Assembly: GCF_000002075.1 (NCBI RefSeq)
Contig: NW_004797425.1
Coordinates: forward strand, 1,220,010-1,284,009
Direction of reading: 5' to 3'
DNA length: 64,000 nt
Origin: Aplysia californica
Taxonomy: Eukaryota
Below are positions 37,550-48,494 of this stretch, in pieces; position 1 is the stretch's first letter; each line of letters begins with the position of its first letter. A model generated the notes under the pieces. That model saw only the letters and a program-made list of their open reading frames with translations. It ran no database searches and was not told where the DNA came from. Both the position numbers and the translations under genes were made by a program.

Positions 37550-39224
37550 CTAGACGGTCATATAATCAGGCCACCTGCGCGCTACTGACCTAGATTCCTT
37601 CTGGGCTGACACACCCGTGTAGTAAGCCCACAACCTTGTAGATCATTAGTAGTGATAAGCCTACGCAGGGTGCGGCGGTCAGTTTGAATTGTTGTTTTCT
37701 CATGCTTTGACACTGGATTATTTCTGCCTAATACAGTTTGCTTTTCAATTCATCTGGATTATGTGAATATTTTCTACATCATTGTGTGTGTTGAGGAACA
37801 GAAGTGGTGACTAATTAATTAATTAATTAAGATTGACCAGCAGTCTTGAGATCGCAAATTTGAAGTGCTGTTTGGCTGCACTGTAGGCCTACTGTTCATT
37901 TTCAGATTCTTCATCGCCATCGCACTCAGTGAATGCCTGGATTCTTTTAGTTGAGGCCTAATGCAGTTTTTTTTCCCAAATCATCTGGATTGTGTGAATA
38001 TCAAATATCTCTTCCATCAGTGTACGTGTTTAGATTAAACCTGCAGTGAAGTTTTGACCGTGCACGTTTAATTCATATCTGTCTAAATCCATTCTAAAAT
38101 CCATGTCTACACAGTGGAGGCCCCCCTTCTGATCCGCACTCTTCACTGACTTAGAGCCTCCCTATGCAAACAACCACTAAAAACGAACTCTCCATCCTAT
38201 CCCTAGATCTGCTTTTAGATTTAGATTAGTTTGTAACACAAACAATAGACTAAAAGGACCATGTAGATATAAATCTATATATCTAGACTCTGAGCGTCTA
38301 GGGGCCCACCCTTGTTAGGTAGGGAAAAGTATACGGATCATAATTATGGGGGAGCTCCTTTGTGTTTTTCCCGACCTGCTTTGTTTAATATCTGCTGTTC
38401 TTTCACAGTGCTTACATGCTTCTCTTCTAGGCCTATTTATTGCTTTCATCATGTGTGGTTATGACTCTGTTGGACTGTGACTGACACCTTCAAAATAAAC
38501 TGAAGGAATAAGAACAACAATGGGAAGAAAATGCTCAGTTGGTGGATGCAAAACTGGCTATGACAGTCAGAAAGGTGCAGAAAAAGTGACCTTGTATGGA
38601 TTTCTTTCGGATGAAACAGAATGTCGGGCATGGACTGCTAGCTTACCAAACATTTTATCCTATGAAAAGGTGTCAAAACATATCAGTGTGTGCCCTCCAT
38701 TTCCGTAAAACTCTAACTCAACTCAAGTCAACTTTCTGTCTTTCCATCGCTTTTGTCTGTCTAGAATAATTTTTTACATGTCCGTTAGTTTGAACACANN
38801 NNNNNNNNNNNNNNNNNNNNNNNNNNNNNNNNNNNNNNNNNNNNNNNNNNNNNNNNNNNNNNNNNNNNNNNNNNNNNNNNNNNNNNNNNNNNNNNNNNNN
38901 NNNNNNNNNNNNNNNNNNNNNNNNNNNNNNNNNNNNNNNNNNNNNNNNNNNNNNNNNNNNNNNNNNNNNNNNNNNNNNNNNNNNNNNNNNNNNNNNNNNN
39001 NNNNNNNNNNNNNNNNNNNNNNNNNNNNNNNNNNNNNNNNNNNNNNNNNNNNNNNNNNNNNNNNNNNNNNNNNNNNNNNNNNNNNNNNCCGTGGCCGTTG
39101 TAATCATTATTATCATTACGAAGGTCACTGCTTGCTGTGGGCCGAAGCCTGAGCGGCCGGTGTGTCAGCCCACAAGCAAGGTGTGTAGTTCTTGGGCTGC
39201 GCTGCCTGATTTATGATCGCCTAG
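37550..39224 (+). mobile_element. THAP-encoding DNA transposon derivative (P-element-like or hAT-like), 8-bp TSD
   Basis: TSD GGTTGAGC at 37542-37549 and 39225-39232. TIRs CTAGACGGTCATATAATCAGGC / GCCTGATTTATGATCGCCTAG. Internal ORF 38520-38708 has a THAP pattern. Confidence 0.8.
38520..38708 (+). pseudogene. Truncated THAP zinc-finger domain (transposase N terminus)
   Basis: MGRKCSVGGCKTGY...LYGF.SD....RAW...LP......K...VC fits the C2CH THAP motif (CxxxxC...W...C). The final His codon (cat in ...ctccatttccg) is out of frame. Confidence 0.72.
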
Positions 39225-39828
39225 GGTTGAGCCAAAAAACAAAAATTCAATAAAAATTGCCAAATGGACAGAAAAATGATAGTTTCTTCGATTTCATTAT
39301 TTTGATGAGATCCTGATTTCACCACGATGCCTCGTGAACATATTCTGGGAATGTGTTACCGAGTATAAACAAAACACAATAGTGTAATCTTAATATTAAG
39401 GTTCTGTACTAAAGTAATTTTGGGGAAATGTTTATTGAAATTGTTTGATTGAAAGAGAAGCACATTAACAATTATAAACAAAGCCACACAGAAATACATA
39501 CATTGGGACAGAAGAAGCAGGACCTAGGCCCTGTGACCACCTGTATTTTCACTGAAAAATCATCCAGCTATTAAATATTTTTAAATTTCAGTAAGAGTTT
39601 TACAGCACATGCAACAAAATAGGTAGGTCACATAATCATAAGTGTAGTTCCAGACAATTGTAGAGTTGATCAAATGATTAATCAAGAAGGTCAAGAACTA
39701 GAAGAGGAGGTACACTGGTACACCAACTTTTAAAAAAAAGGCAATACAGACATACTGAAACTTAAGTCACTAAGTAAGGCAAAATTATTAATTTTTTCAG
39801 CTTTCCATAAAATCTCTTGGCCTGGAAA

Positions 39829-39992
39829 TAAAGTTTTGACAGTTTGCATTATCAGTCAACAGACACCGTCTAAAGTTTTGACAGTTTGCATTATCAGTCA
39901 ACTGACACTGTCTAAAGTTTTGAGTTTGCATTATCAGTCAACTGACACTGTCTAAAGTTTTGAGTTTGCATTATCAGTCAACAGACACTATC
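39829..39992. repeat. Minisatellite, 4 x 40-42 bp
   Basis: TAAAGTTTTGA(CA)GTTTGCATTATCAGTCAAC(A/T)GACAC.(G/A)TC, head-to-tail with no spacers. Confidence 0.92.
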
Positions 39993-40400
39993 TACAACAG
40001 AAACCTGACACAGATGGCAAACTTGATTCTCAGTCTTAGCTTGTGAGTCCCTGACCTTGGCCAGACTGCACTAAAATCCTCTATCATCAAGTCTTCACTT
40101 TCATTCTTCATCCTGTATAATACTGTACTGTATGTTCTAAGGTTGCCTGAACCTTTAATTTGGATACAGAAAAGCATGTGTGCATTTCTTTGACACTGCT
40201 GAAATTGAACTAACACTGAAACACATTAACCCATCTCACTGTCTTGCATTCATTCCTTAAACCTCCAATGCTGTTAGCTTTAGAAATAATAAGTGACAAA
40301 CAAAACAAACCTTAAAGACCCAAAATGAAAAGGAAACTATCTTGGAGACAGCACAATTTCAAATGTTCAAGTCCCATGTATTAAAATTACAATAACCAGC

Positions 40401-40578
40401 TAGTTTTAGTTTTAGTAGAGGTTTTACAGTGTTTGCAACTGCATAAGGTCATATGAGCGTTAGAAGATTAGAGGTGTTACAAGAGAGTAACAAACATAAA
40501 AAAGAAGAAGGGGAGATAAGGACGGTAGATGTTTAATAGGAAAGAAGAAGCAAACCACACCAGAGCACCCACCAATAC
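40401..40578 (-). mobile_element. Short headless retroposon (family B)
   Basis: Close similarity to 50101-50287 (GCAACTGCATAAGGTCATATGAGCG...GCAAACCACACCAGAGCACCC). Confidence 0.8.
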
Positions 40579-41021
40579 CTGCGCAACAAAAGTGTGACGT
40601 CACCAGAAACAGACTTTAAAAAACCCAAAGAGTTAGCTGAACATGGTCTGTCATAGAAGAAAAGAGAAAAGAGGAAGGATGTACCCGAGGCACAGAAATT
40701 TGAAAAATAAAACCCAAGAGACGTGCACAAAATCAGCTTTTACCTCCAAATATAATCTACCATTTGCATTAATTATTGTAAACACAGCAGGGTATTTATA
40801 TGAGGAAATAATTTATAACAATGCGACTGAGGAGACATTTCCACCACAACCGACACTGACAGTGACACCAGCTAAGTTTAAGTGCTGGACAAGGCTACCG
40901 GGACAAAAATTCATCCCATGATGAGAGCACTTTGGATTGACAGTAGTGTGATGATCACTCTTTCGTTGACAGTGGAAGAGGCAAGATGACCATTATTAGT
41001 ATCAGGCCTATAATTATAAAG

Positions 41022-41497
41022 TATGAAGCTACAGAAAGCACCTAGCACACCTCTGTGGTAGGCCCAAATATCAGGCGAAGTATTTCGGCAATATATTTGT
41101 CGTCTTCTGGGGCTTCCCTTGCCAGTTGACGAGATCTCACAGTGGCCGGCCCGCTTTGCCGCTTGGTGCGTGATGGGCTACGTCACTAGGTTTCATCGCC
41201 AACTGCTTGGGCATGGGTGTGTGTGTATGCGTGCGCGCACATGCGTGTGGGTATTTGTGTGTGTGTGCAACTTTGAACAAGTATTGCTGAGATTGTTAAT
41301 AAAACATAGATCTAACACAAATTAATTTTTTTTAAACAAAACACGGCTGAATCTAGTCAACATTTACTTGCGAGGGAAACAAAACAGTCTTGGAGGAAAC
41401 CCTCGAAGACAACAAAAATAGATGGCAGAAATATTTCATCTATCTATATTTGGGCCAATCACAGAGAGGTGTGCTAGGTGCTCGCTGTAGCTTCATG
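41022..41497. mobile_element. MITE with about 50-bp TIRs
   Basis: ATGAAGCTACAGAAAGCACCTAGCACACCTCTGTGGTAGGCCCAAATAT and the inverted copy at about 41447-41496. Confidence 0.78.
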
Positions 41498-42671
41498 GAT
41501 TAGGTATCCCATCAGTATCAGATAAAAACATGCATGCATGTTTTTGAGAGTGCACTGTCTTGGCCGGTAACTAGTAACAGGTCATTTCATCCCACGGTCA
41601 TCTCGTCACACCCCAATTATCCTTATCTCCTGAAAATTGTTATAAAAACTAGCCCCAAAAGTGCAGAGTTTCCACTGAAGTAGACTACGTTTATTCTCAC
41701 CGCGGGTGAGAATACCCATCATCACATGTCTCGCTATTCTCACCCCCCCCTCCCCCGGTGAGAATAGCTCCCACCCCGGTGTGGGCATGAGTCGAGGCCC
41801 CCCCCCCCCCCCCCCCCGACCTCTCCCAGGCCGATAAAACATTTTTCGCCTCTTCAGTTAAAAAAAACGGCTGACTACAGACGTTACTGCACGGGACGTG
41901 GGACATGCCAGAGGCCGGACCATTCATTGTTTACACACTTAATGATGGCGAGACTCTCTGCCTGCACACAAATTATAGTTCCACGAACAGAGAGTACAAA
42001 CGTAAAAAGACACGAGACTTATGCTCTTGCACAACAGTAGAAGGGTTGTAAATCATTTAGACCAAAAGAGCTAGGGCGTAAATCGTGTTCGATCTAACTA
42101 GTTTACAATTAATTAAGACATTCAAGCTCTTTTCTTCACTTTTCTTTGTTTTTCTTTTATTCTTTCTTTTTATTCTTTTTTTGCCTCTTCTTTCCCTTTC
42201 TTCTTGAACATTTGGAGTCTGGAGCCAAAAAAAAACCGGAGAGCCAAATGAAATTCTCCGGGCCAGACATTTTATAATTCAAAAGAGCCAAATTTTTGGG
42301 ATATTTGGCTCCAAACTGACAACCCTGACTGTGACTATTCAACTATTACGATACAAACAGTGACGAACACGATGCTGAGGAGCATCAGTCCTAACCCACC
42401 AGGGTCACACCCGCTAACCTCAGCCATCCTTCTCAGGTCATTTCCAAGGGGAAAGTGGCTATTCTCACCCGCCCGGAAGTTCTCGCAAGATCAACTCCTC
42501 CCCTCTTCTCTCTCTCTGTCTCTTTCTGAANNNNNNNNNNNNNNNNNNNNNNNNNNNNNNNNNNNNNNNNNNNNNNNNNNNNNNNNNNNNNNNNNNNNNN
42601 NNNNNNNNNNNNNNNNNNNNNNNNNNNNNNTGTGTGTGTGTGTGAAGAGGGGGTGGGTGGGTATGAGAACA

Positions 42672-43305
42672 ATGTGAAATCAGGCGCTCGTAAATTTTTA
42701 GACATGCAAAGTTATAAGTATTGTGTATAATCTGAAAGCCTATGCTTTTGCCTTGCTTTTGATGAAAGGAAAATAGTAATACTCCTTTGTCCTAACAGAA
42801 GTCGACGTATTGTTCTACTGAAGTAGGGAGGGGTCTCCTATTGTCAGAAGTAAAATTGGCGAGAAAAGTGACTCCAAAGTTTGGTGATTTGCACCGCTTG
42901 CGTGTCTTTGGAAACTTAAAATTTACATTATTTTTGCTTTTGATTAACATTTTTTTCTTCTGTAAGACCCTCACATAAATGTGCTTTATTGAGCTCAAAT
43001 ACTCCTTCGGAATCGGGTACTTTGGTAGGCTATAGGTAGTCAACTTATTGTATCATAGGTTTCAAGAAGTTTTGATGTAAAGTGTGTTGATGGGGGCTTA
43101 AAAACACCATCATTTAAAGAGAAAAACGTTCTAGAAATTTACTCAAAGACTTGAAGACCGCTCCCCAAACAGAAAAAAAACCAACAGGATTTTTCAGTAA
43201 AAAAAAAATAAATGATAGACTTGAATGCATAGATGGGGCACTGTCGTGGCCCTCATTTTTTGCTCCCTATAAAAACTTTGATGTCCTGGTGTGCGCACCA
43301 CGCCG
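42672..43305. mobile_element. MITE family C-related copy
   Basis: GTGAAATCAGGCGCTCGTAAATTTTT start and AAAGTTTGGTGATTT...GGAAACTTAAAATTTACATT body, as in the 37217 copy. Confidence 0.55.
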
Positions 43306-43401
43306 CACAAATCAAGGGTTAAAGCATCATCTAGCTATAGAGCTTATTTTATACTAGAACATGATAGAGCGTTATATAAATGCAATCTACTACTATTATT
43401 A

Positions 43402-43429
43402 TTAGTAGTAGTAGTAGTAGTAGTAGTAA

Positions 43430-43478
<49 letters not shown>
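43402..43478. repeat. (AGT)n microsatellite
   Basis: Read directly from the sequence. Confidence 0.95.
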
Positions 43479-43479
<1 letters not shown>

Positions 43480-43533
43480 ATAATTATCATTATTAATTTA
43501 CAATCTCTCAGATGTAGAAACTTCTACTCAGCT

Positions 43534-46500
43534 ATGAGTGGGAACTACTACAAAGTGACCCCTTCACCGCCGAAGGTCGAAGGTTACGGCTTCAGGAAAG
43601 TCACCCAAGAAGAACTGGTTGACATCGTTTCACGCCTTACGAAGCCAACCTACAACTCACGCATAGAAAGCGACGAGTCCAACAAGGTGAGATTATGACG
43701 AAATCACGGAGACACCTGGAGTTACTTTAATTAAAGTAGACAGACAAACGAAACTGCATTCGTTTAATCTTATATCCGTCAGTATGTGAAGTAGATTGTA
43801 ATTTTGTTATTTTTATGATTATTTTTATTGTTATTGCTATTGTTATTGTTATTGCTGTTGCTATTATTATTGTTAATGTTATTGTTATTGCTATTGCTAT
43901 CGTTATTGATATGGCTATGGCTATGGCTATGGCTATGGCTATTGTTATTGCTATTGCTATCGTTATTAATATGGCTATGGCTATGGCTATGGCTTTGGCT
44001 ATGGCTTTGGCTATGGCTATGGCTATTGCTATTGCTATTGTTATTGCTATTGCTATCGTTATTGATATGGCTATGGCTATGGCTATGGCTTTGGCTATGG
44101 CTATGGCTATGGCTATGGCTATGGCTATGGCTATGGCTATGGTTATGGCTATTGCTATTGCTATCGTTATTGCTATCGCTATCGTTATTAATATGGCTAT
44201 GGCTATGGCTTTGGCTTTGGCTATGGCTTTGGCTATGGCTATGGCTATGGCTATGGCTATGGCTATGGCTATGGCTATGGTTATGGCTATTGCTATTGCT
44301 ATCGTTATTGCTATCGCTATCGTTATTAATATGGCTATGGCTATGGCTTTGGCTTTGGCTATGGCTTTGGCTATGGCTATGGCTATGGCTATGGCTATGG
44401 CTATGGCTATGGCTATTGCTATTGCTATTGTTATTGCTATTGCTATCGTTATTGATATGGCTATGGCTATGGCTATGGCTTTGGCTATGGCTATGGCTAT
44501 GGCTATGGCTATGGCTNNNNNNNNNNNNNNNNNNNNNNNNNNNNNNNNNNNNNNNNNNNNNNNNNNNNNNNNNNNNNNNNNNNNNNNNNNNNNNNNNNNN
44601 NNNNNNNNNNNNNNNNNNNNNNNNNNNNNNNNNNNNNNNNNNNNNNNNNNNNNNNNNNNNNNNNNNNNNNNNNNNNNNNNNNNNNNNNNNNNNNNNNNNN
44701 NNNNNNNNNNNNNNNNNNNNNNNNNNNNNNNNNNNNNNNNNNNNNNNNNNNNNNNNNNNNNNNNNNNNNNNNNNNNNNNNNNNNNNNNNNNNNNNNNNNN
44801 NNNNCCCTCTTCTCTCTCTCTGTCTCTTTCTGAATACTGTCTATCGGTGTGGACGATCAAATTGACCAAAACAAAGTAAAAAAATGATGTTAAAACACAA
44901 AAGTAAATTAATTTGGTTGTCTACAAAGATGCTACGGCTATCTAACTTTTCGAATCGAGCCGAACTATGCGGGTCGCCATTTTGTTTTGCCCGGAAATTC
45001 TCGCGCTACTCCTCTCTCTCTTTCTCTCTCTCTCTCAACTGCCCACAGACAAAATTGTACGTTTTTAGTAGGCTACAGTTGTAATGGAACGTTTGTTCAC
45101 GGCACAGAATTCTACAATTTTTATGTTATCACAGTGTAGAATTCTGTGGTTTAGGGTGAACGCAAAATTTGGTGAACTCGCACCGGGTGAGAATAGCCAC
45201 AAGACTCGCCTGCACTATTCTCACTCCGGGTGAGAATAGAGGTGGCCTTCCAAGGGGGTGAGAATAGCGAGATGTGGGTTATTCTCACCCGGGGTGAGAA
45301 TAACCACTTCCCCTGAAGTAACCTGCCCCAACTGCATTTTTGGAATGCTGAAATTTTCTATTGATAAGGGTCAGCGCCTATACCCTTTATATAGGGCCGG
45401 CGCGCTTCCCGATCAGTGGGTGGGCCCTCTATACTCGGGTAGTCCAGCTCCTATTAGGGCCTGCGCACTTCCGGGGCTTAAATGTTAAAAAAACTCACCA
45501 AGTTAGGAGAACTAAGGAAAAACAGCTGTGAGAAAATCTTTCATAAAAAAACAAATCAACCAAACTCACCCAGTTACGAACGGTGTTGCTGATCAGGTAG
45601 GCACAACCACTCGCACTCCCCCCCCCCCCCCCCCCACCCTTTCCCCGTCCTTCCACATACCCTCGCAATGACAATACAATGCAGTGCGTGTTCTATGTTT
45701 GCAAGTGTGTGACGAAATCCTTGTGGATTTGGGGCGTGATGAGATGACTGTGACGTTTTGACTGCACCGGTGTGACGAGATGACTGGGTATCGTCTAAGC
45801 TAACTGGGCCAAGCTACGAGGCGAGGTGACATGGTGACTCAACAAGTGACAATTTCATCTTTACACAAAGTGTAGAAAACAAAAAGAAATGTTTTAAAAT
45901 GCTTTCATACTCCATACCTTCCTATCCTTTACAATTTCAGTCACCAAAAAGGTGAGCAGATTCAGTCCCAGGGGATCTTGCCAGGTCCAGTTTCCAGTGT
46001 TCAAGTTCAAGTAAAGTTTGAAGTTGAACCGACAGATACTATTGCAGTTCTAAACTGTTTCAACTAATCTAGCCTATGTTATCCATTAGCATAAACTTGA
46101 TTTTTTTATCTTTTACACAAAACTGTTAGATCTAGATTCTAGAAGTTTCACAATTTAATATGACTGTTCTGTTTTTGTTGTGAGTTTGTCTCAGTCTCAC
46201 AACAAGTCAGTATGACTCTGAGTTGTTCATTTCCCTGACTGCCTGCCTTAGTTTAAGGTTCTACTCCTGTTCTGCTTCTTGAAGTTCTTAATATAGGCGT
46301 TCACATCGGATGAAAATGCTGCTGTCATTCTAGGGCATCGCTTAAAAAAAAAATCACAGCCCTCAATGTATGGTAGATCAATGACTACAGATTTTCACCA
46401 CCATCATTGTCTCCAGCACGGCAGCGGTACACTCCGCCATATTATTATATTATTGTCTTTGATGCTGATACGCAGCTTCCGGTTTCCATAGGATTGGCTA

Positions 46501-46627
46501 CTATTCCGTATGGGCAAACTGCGTAAATGAATGGAGGGCAAATCTCTTCGATGGAGGGTGTCCAAATCATAGTATGGATATTATTCGAAAACTTAAACTC
46601 AAATGCATAGAGATCTAGTACAAAATA

Positions 46628-46675
<48 letters not shown>

Positions 46676-48000
46676 ACGAGATTACAAGTTCTAAACTCCG
46701 TGAGATATATATATATATATATATATATATACCATATATATATATAGATATATATATATATATATATATATANNNNNNNNNNNNNNNNNNNNNNNNNNNN
46801 NNNNNNNNNNNNNNNNNNNNNNNNNNNNNNNNNNNNNNNNNNNNNNNNNNNNNNNNNNNNNNNNNNNNNNNNNNNNNNNNNNNNNNNNNNNNNNNNNNNN
46901 NNNNNNNNNNNNNNNNNNNNNNNNNNNNNNNNNNNNNNNNNNNNNNNNNNNNNNNNNNNNNNNNNNNNNNNNTCTCTCTCTCTCTCTCTCTCTATTTATC
47001 TATTTATCTATCTATCTATAGCTATCTATCTAGCCATCTATCAAGTTATATGTTTATATACCTGCCTATCTATCTGTCTTGCTTGTCAACTAGCTAGCTA
47101 ATCAGCTAACTATCTACACATGTATGTATGTACATTTATCTAGCTATGAAAGAGCAGTCTATAAAGAGAAGAAAATAAAAAGGAGGGTGGGTGGTCTGAT
47201 TATGAACCATTTAATTTCTGATGTGCTTTTACGAAACATGAAAAAGTCTCCTTGTATACAATCGCCACGCTCAGCCTACTATTCTGGGGTTGTTGTTTTG
47301 TTTTCAGGCTCACAACTTTCGATATGCCAAGTCAGCCCCGCCCCCTCACTCGCCATCGTACTGCTCCCGTCGGTTTTCCGTCAATTCTCAAGCGGGCCGA
47401 ATGTTACACGACAAGAAGCTCTCGGAGCACGAACTTCAGCGACTTATTCGACGAATTCGGCGTCCCACCAAGGCGTACCAGCTTTCTCGGAAGGATTATG
47501 AGACGGACGACGAGCTTTCAATACCCCATAGCCGACGTCCATCGACGGCCGCTCCGTCTCGACGCAACAATATGTCTGCATCCGAGAGGAAAAAAGCGTT
47601 CTCTCAGCTGTCACGACCGACGACGGCTAGTAGAGGTAAAAGCGTCGTAGAATGTCACCTGTGCACTGAAGAGGACAAAGAACTCAACCACACTCTCTTG
47701 CCTTTCGACTACCCGTACGCCGACGACAGGAGTGTCACCATAGAGGAAGTCGGAAGCATCATCACTAGGGTCAGTTCTCGGACACAAGCAAGCGAAAAAG
47801 GCGCAACTCCGTGTTGGAAGGCTCCACCCGACTACCGCCGTCTACGCATACAGTCAGAGCATCTACCGCTGGTCAGTGGTCTCGGCAGAAGCAAAAGCGT
47901 CGCTCAGATTGTCGCCAGGCTGCATTCAAGCAAGGGTAACAGCCGCAGACAGCATGGCTGCACTCCACAAGCAACCGCTGTGACAGATTTCTGTGTTTGA
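43534..48000 (+). CDS. Uncharacterised basic repeat protein, 281 aa; join(43534..43686,47308..48000)
   Basis: Acceptor ctctcag| at 43511, ATG at 43534, donor AAG|GTGAGA at 43687, acceptor ttttcag| at 47307 (phase 0), then a 230-codon GC-richer open exon to TGA at 47998-48000. Both exons carry the same ~21-aa motif (VTQEELVDIVSRLTKPTYNS / LSEHELQRLIRRIRRPTKAY / MSASERKKAFSQLSRPTTAS / VTIEEVGSIITRVSSRTQAS), which supports the join. Confidence 0.8.
43815..44516. repeat. Complex hexamer satellite (GCTATG/GCTATT/GCTTTG)n
   Basis: Read directly; includes a 138-bp higher-order unit at 44141 and 44279; ends at a gap. Confidence 0.95.
46430..46500 (-). promoter_or_regulatory. Candidate promoter/TSS region for RNF41 (non-coding first exon)
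   Basis: YY1-like AATATGGCGG on the minus strand (46435-46444), ETS CCGGAAG and CCAAT motifs, and a downstream minus-strand donor AAG|GTATGG near 45917. The RNF41 ATG exon starts at an acceptor (36831), so an upstream non-coding exon is required. Confidence 0.35.
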
Positions 48001-48069
48001 TGAAAGCTCATCTCTGACTTCTGACAGAAATAGTATGCAATCTTACGCACTGCAGGAAATATAATATTA

Positions 48070-48494
48070 TGTGAGGCAGCGTGGTGGAATCAGGCTCTCG
48101 TCAAAATAATCATAGTGAAGAGACTTGCATTTTTACGCAGGTTTGTGAATTTGTATCAAAATTTTGTTTTTCGGCTCAACACCTTCCATCTCCATTAAAG
48201 AACTCATTTCTGTTCTGAAAAAAGATTAAAGGCACAAAAAATGTAAATTTTCTGTTACCACGGACTCTTAAGCTAAGGAAATAACTAATCTTTGGCGGCC
48301 ATTTTCTCGCTAATTTTACCTCTGAAAACAGGTGACCCCCACCTCAGACATTCACAAATATCTCGACTTGTATTCAAGATAAACGGATATATTTTTCAGT
48401 CAAATAAAGACAAGTGAACAAGCTTTAAGATGATACCAATAACTCTACATGCCCAAAAATTGACGAGAGCCTGATTCCACCACGCTGCCTCACA
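48070..48494. mobile_element. MITE family C (about 36-bp TIR TGTGAGGCAGCGTGGTGGAATCAGGC, TA flanks)
   Basis: Near-perfect TIRs with TA on both sides. Homologues at about 4302-4500, 16981-17440, 37217-39334, 42672-43305 and 61996-62399. Confidence 0.88.

Larger units (their letters stand above)
37217..39334. mobile_element. MITE family C copy interrupted by a nested THAP element
   Basis: The left part (37217-37549) and right part (39225-39334) rejoin to match the reverse complement of the 48070 copy. Confidence 0.78.
42448..45313. mobile_element. TIR element (GGGGAAAGTGG...CCACTTCCCC) split into 42448-42530 and 44805-45313
   Basis: Terminal inverted repeats with multiple TATTCTCACCC/GGGTGAGAATA palindromes. 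The two halves are contiguous in the inverted copy at about 57790-58335. Confidence 0.7.

Noticed and set aside
39829-39992. Regular 40-42-bp repeats superficially like a CRISPR array
   Set aside because: Head-to-tail with no unique spacers, no cas genes, and a eukaryotic intron context.
43727-44879. Long ORFs of AIAIAI / MAMAMA / LWLWLW
   Set aside because: Translations of a hexamer satellite plus an N gap; no splice or composition support.
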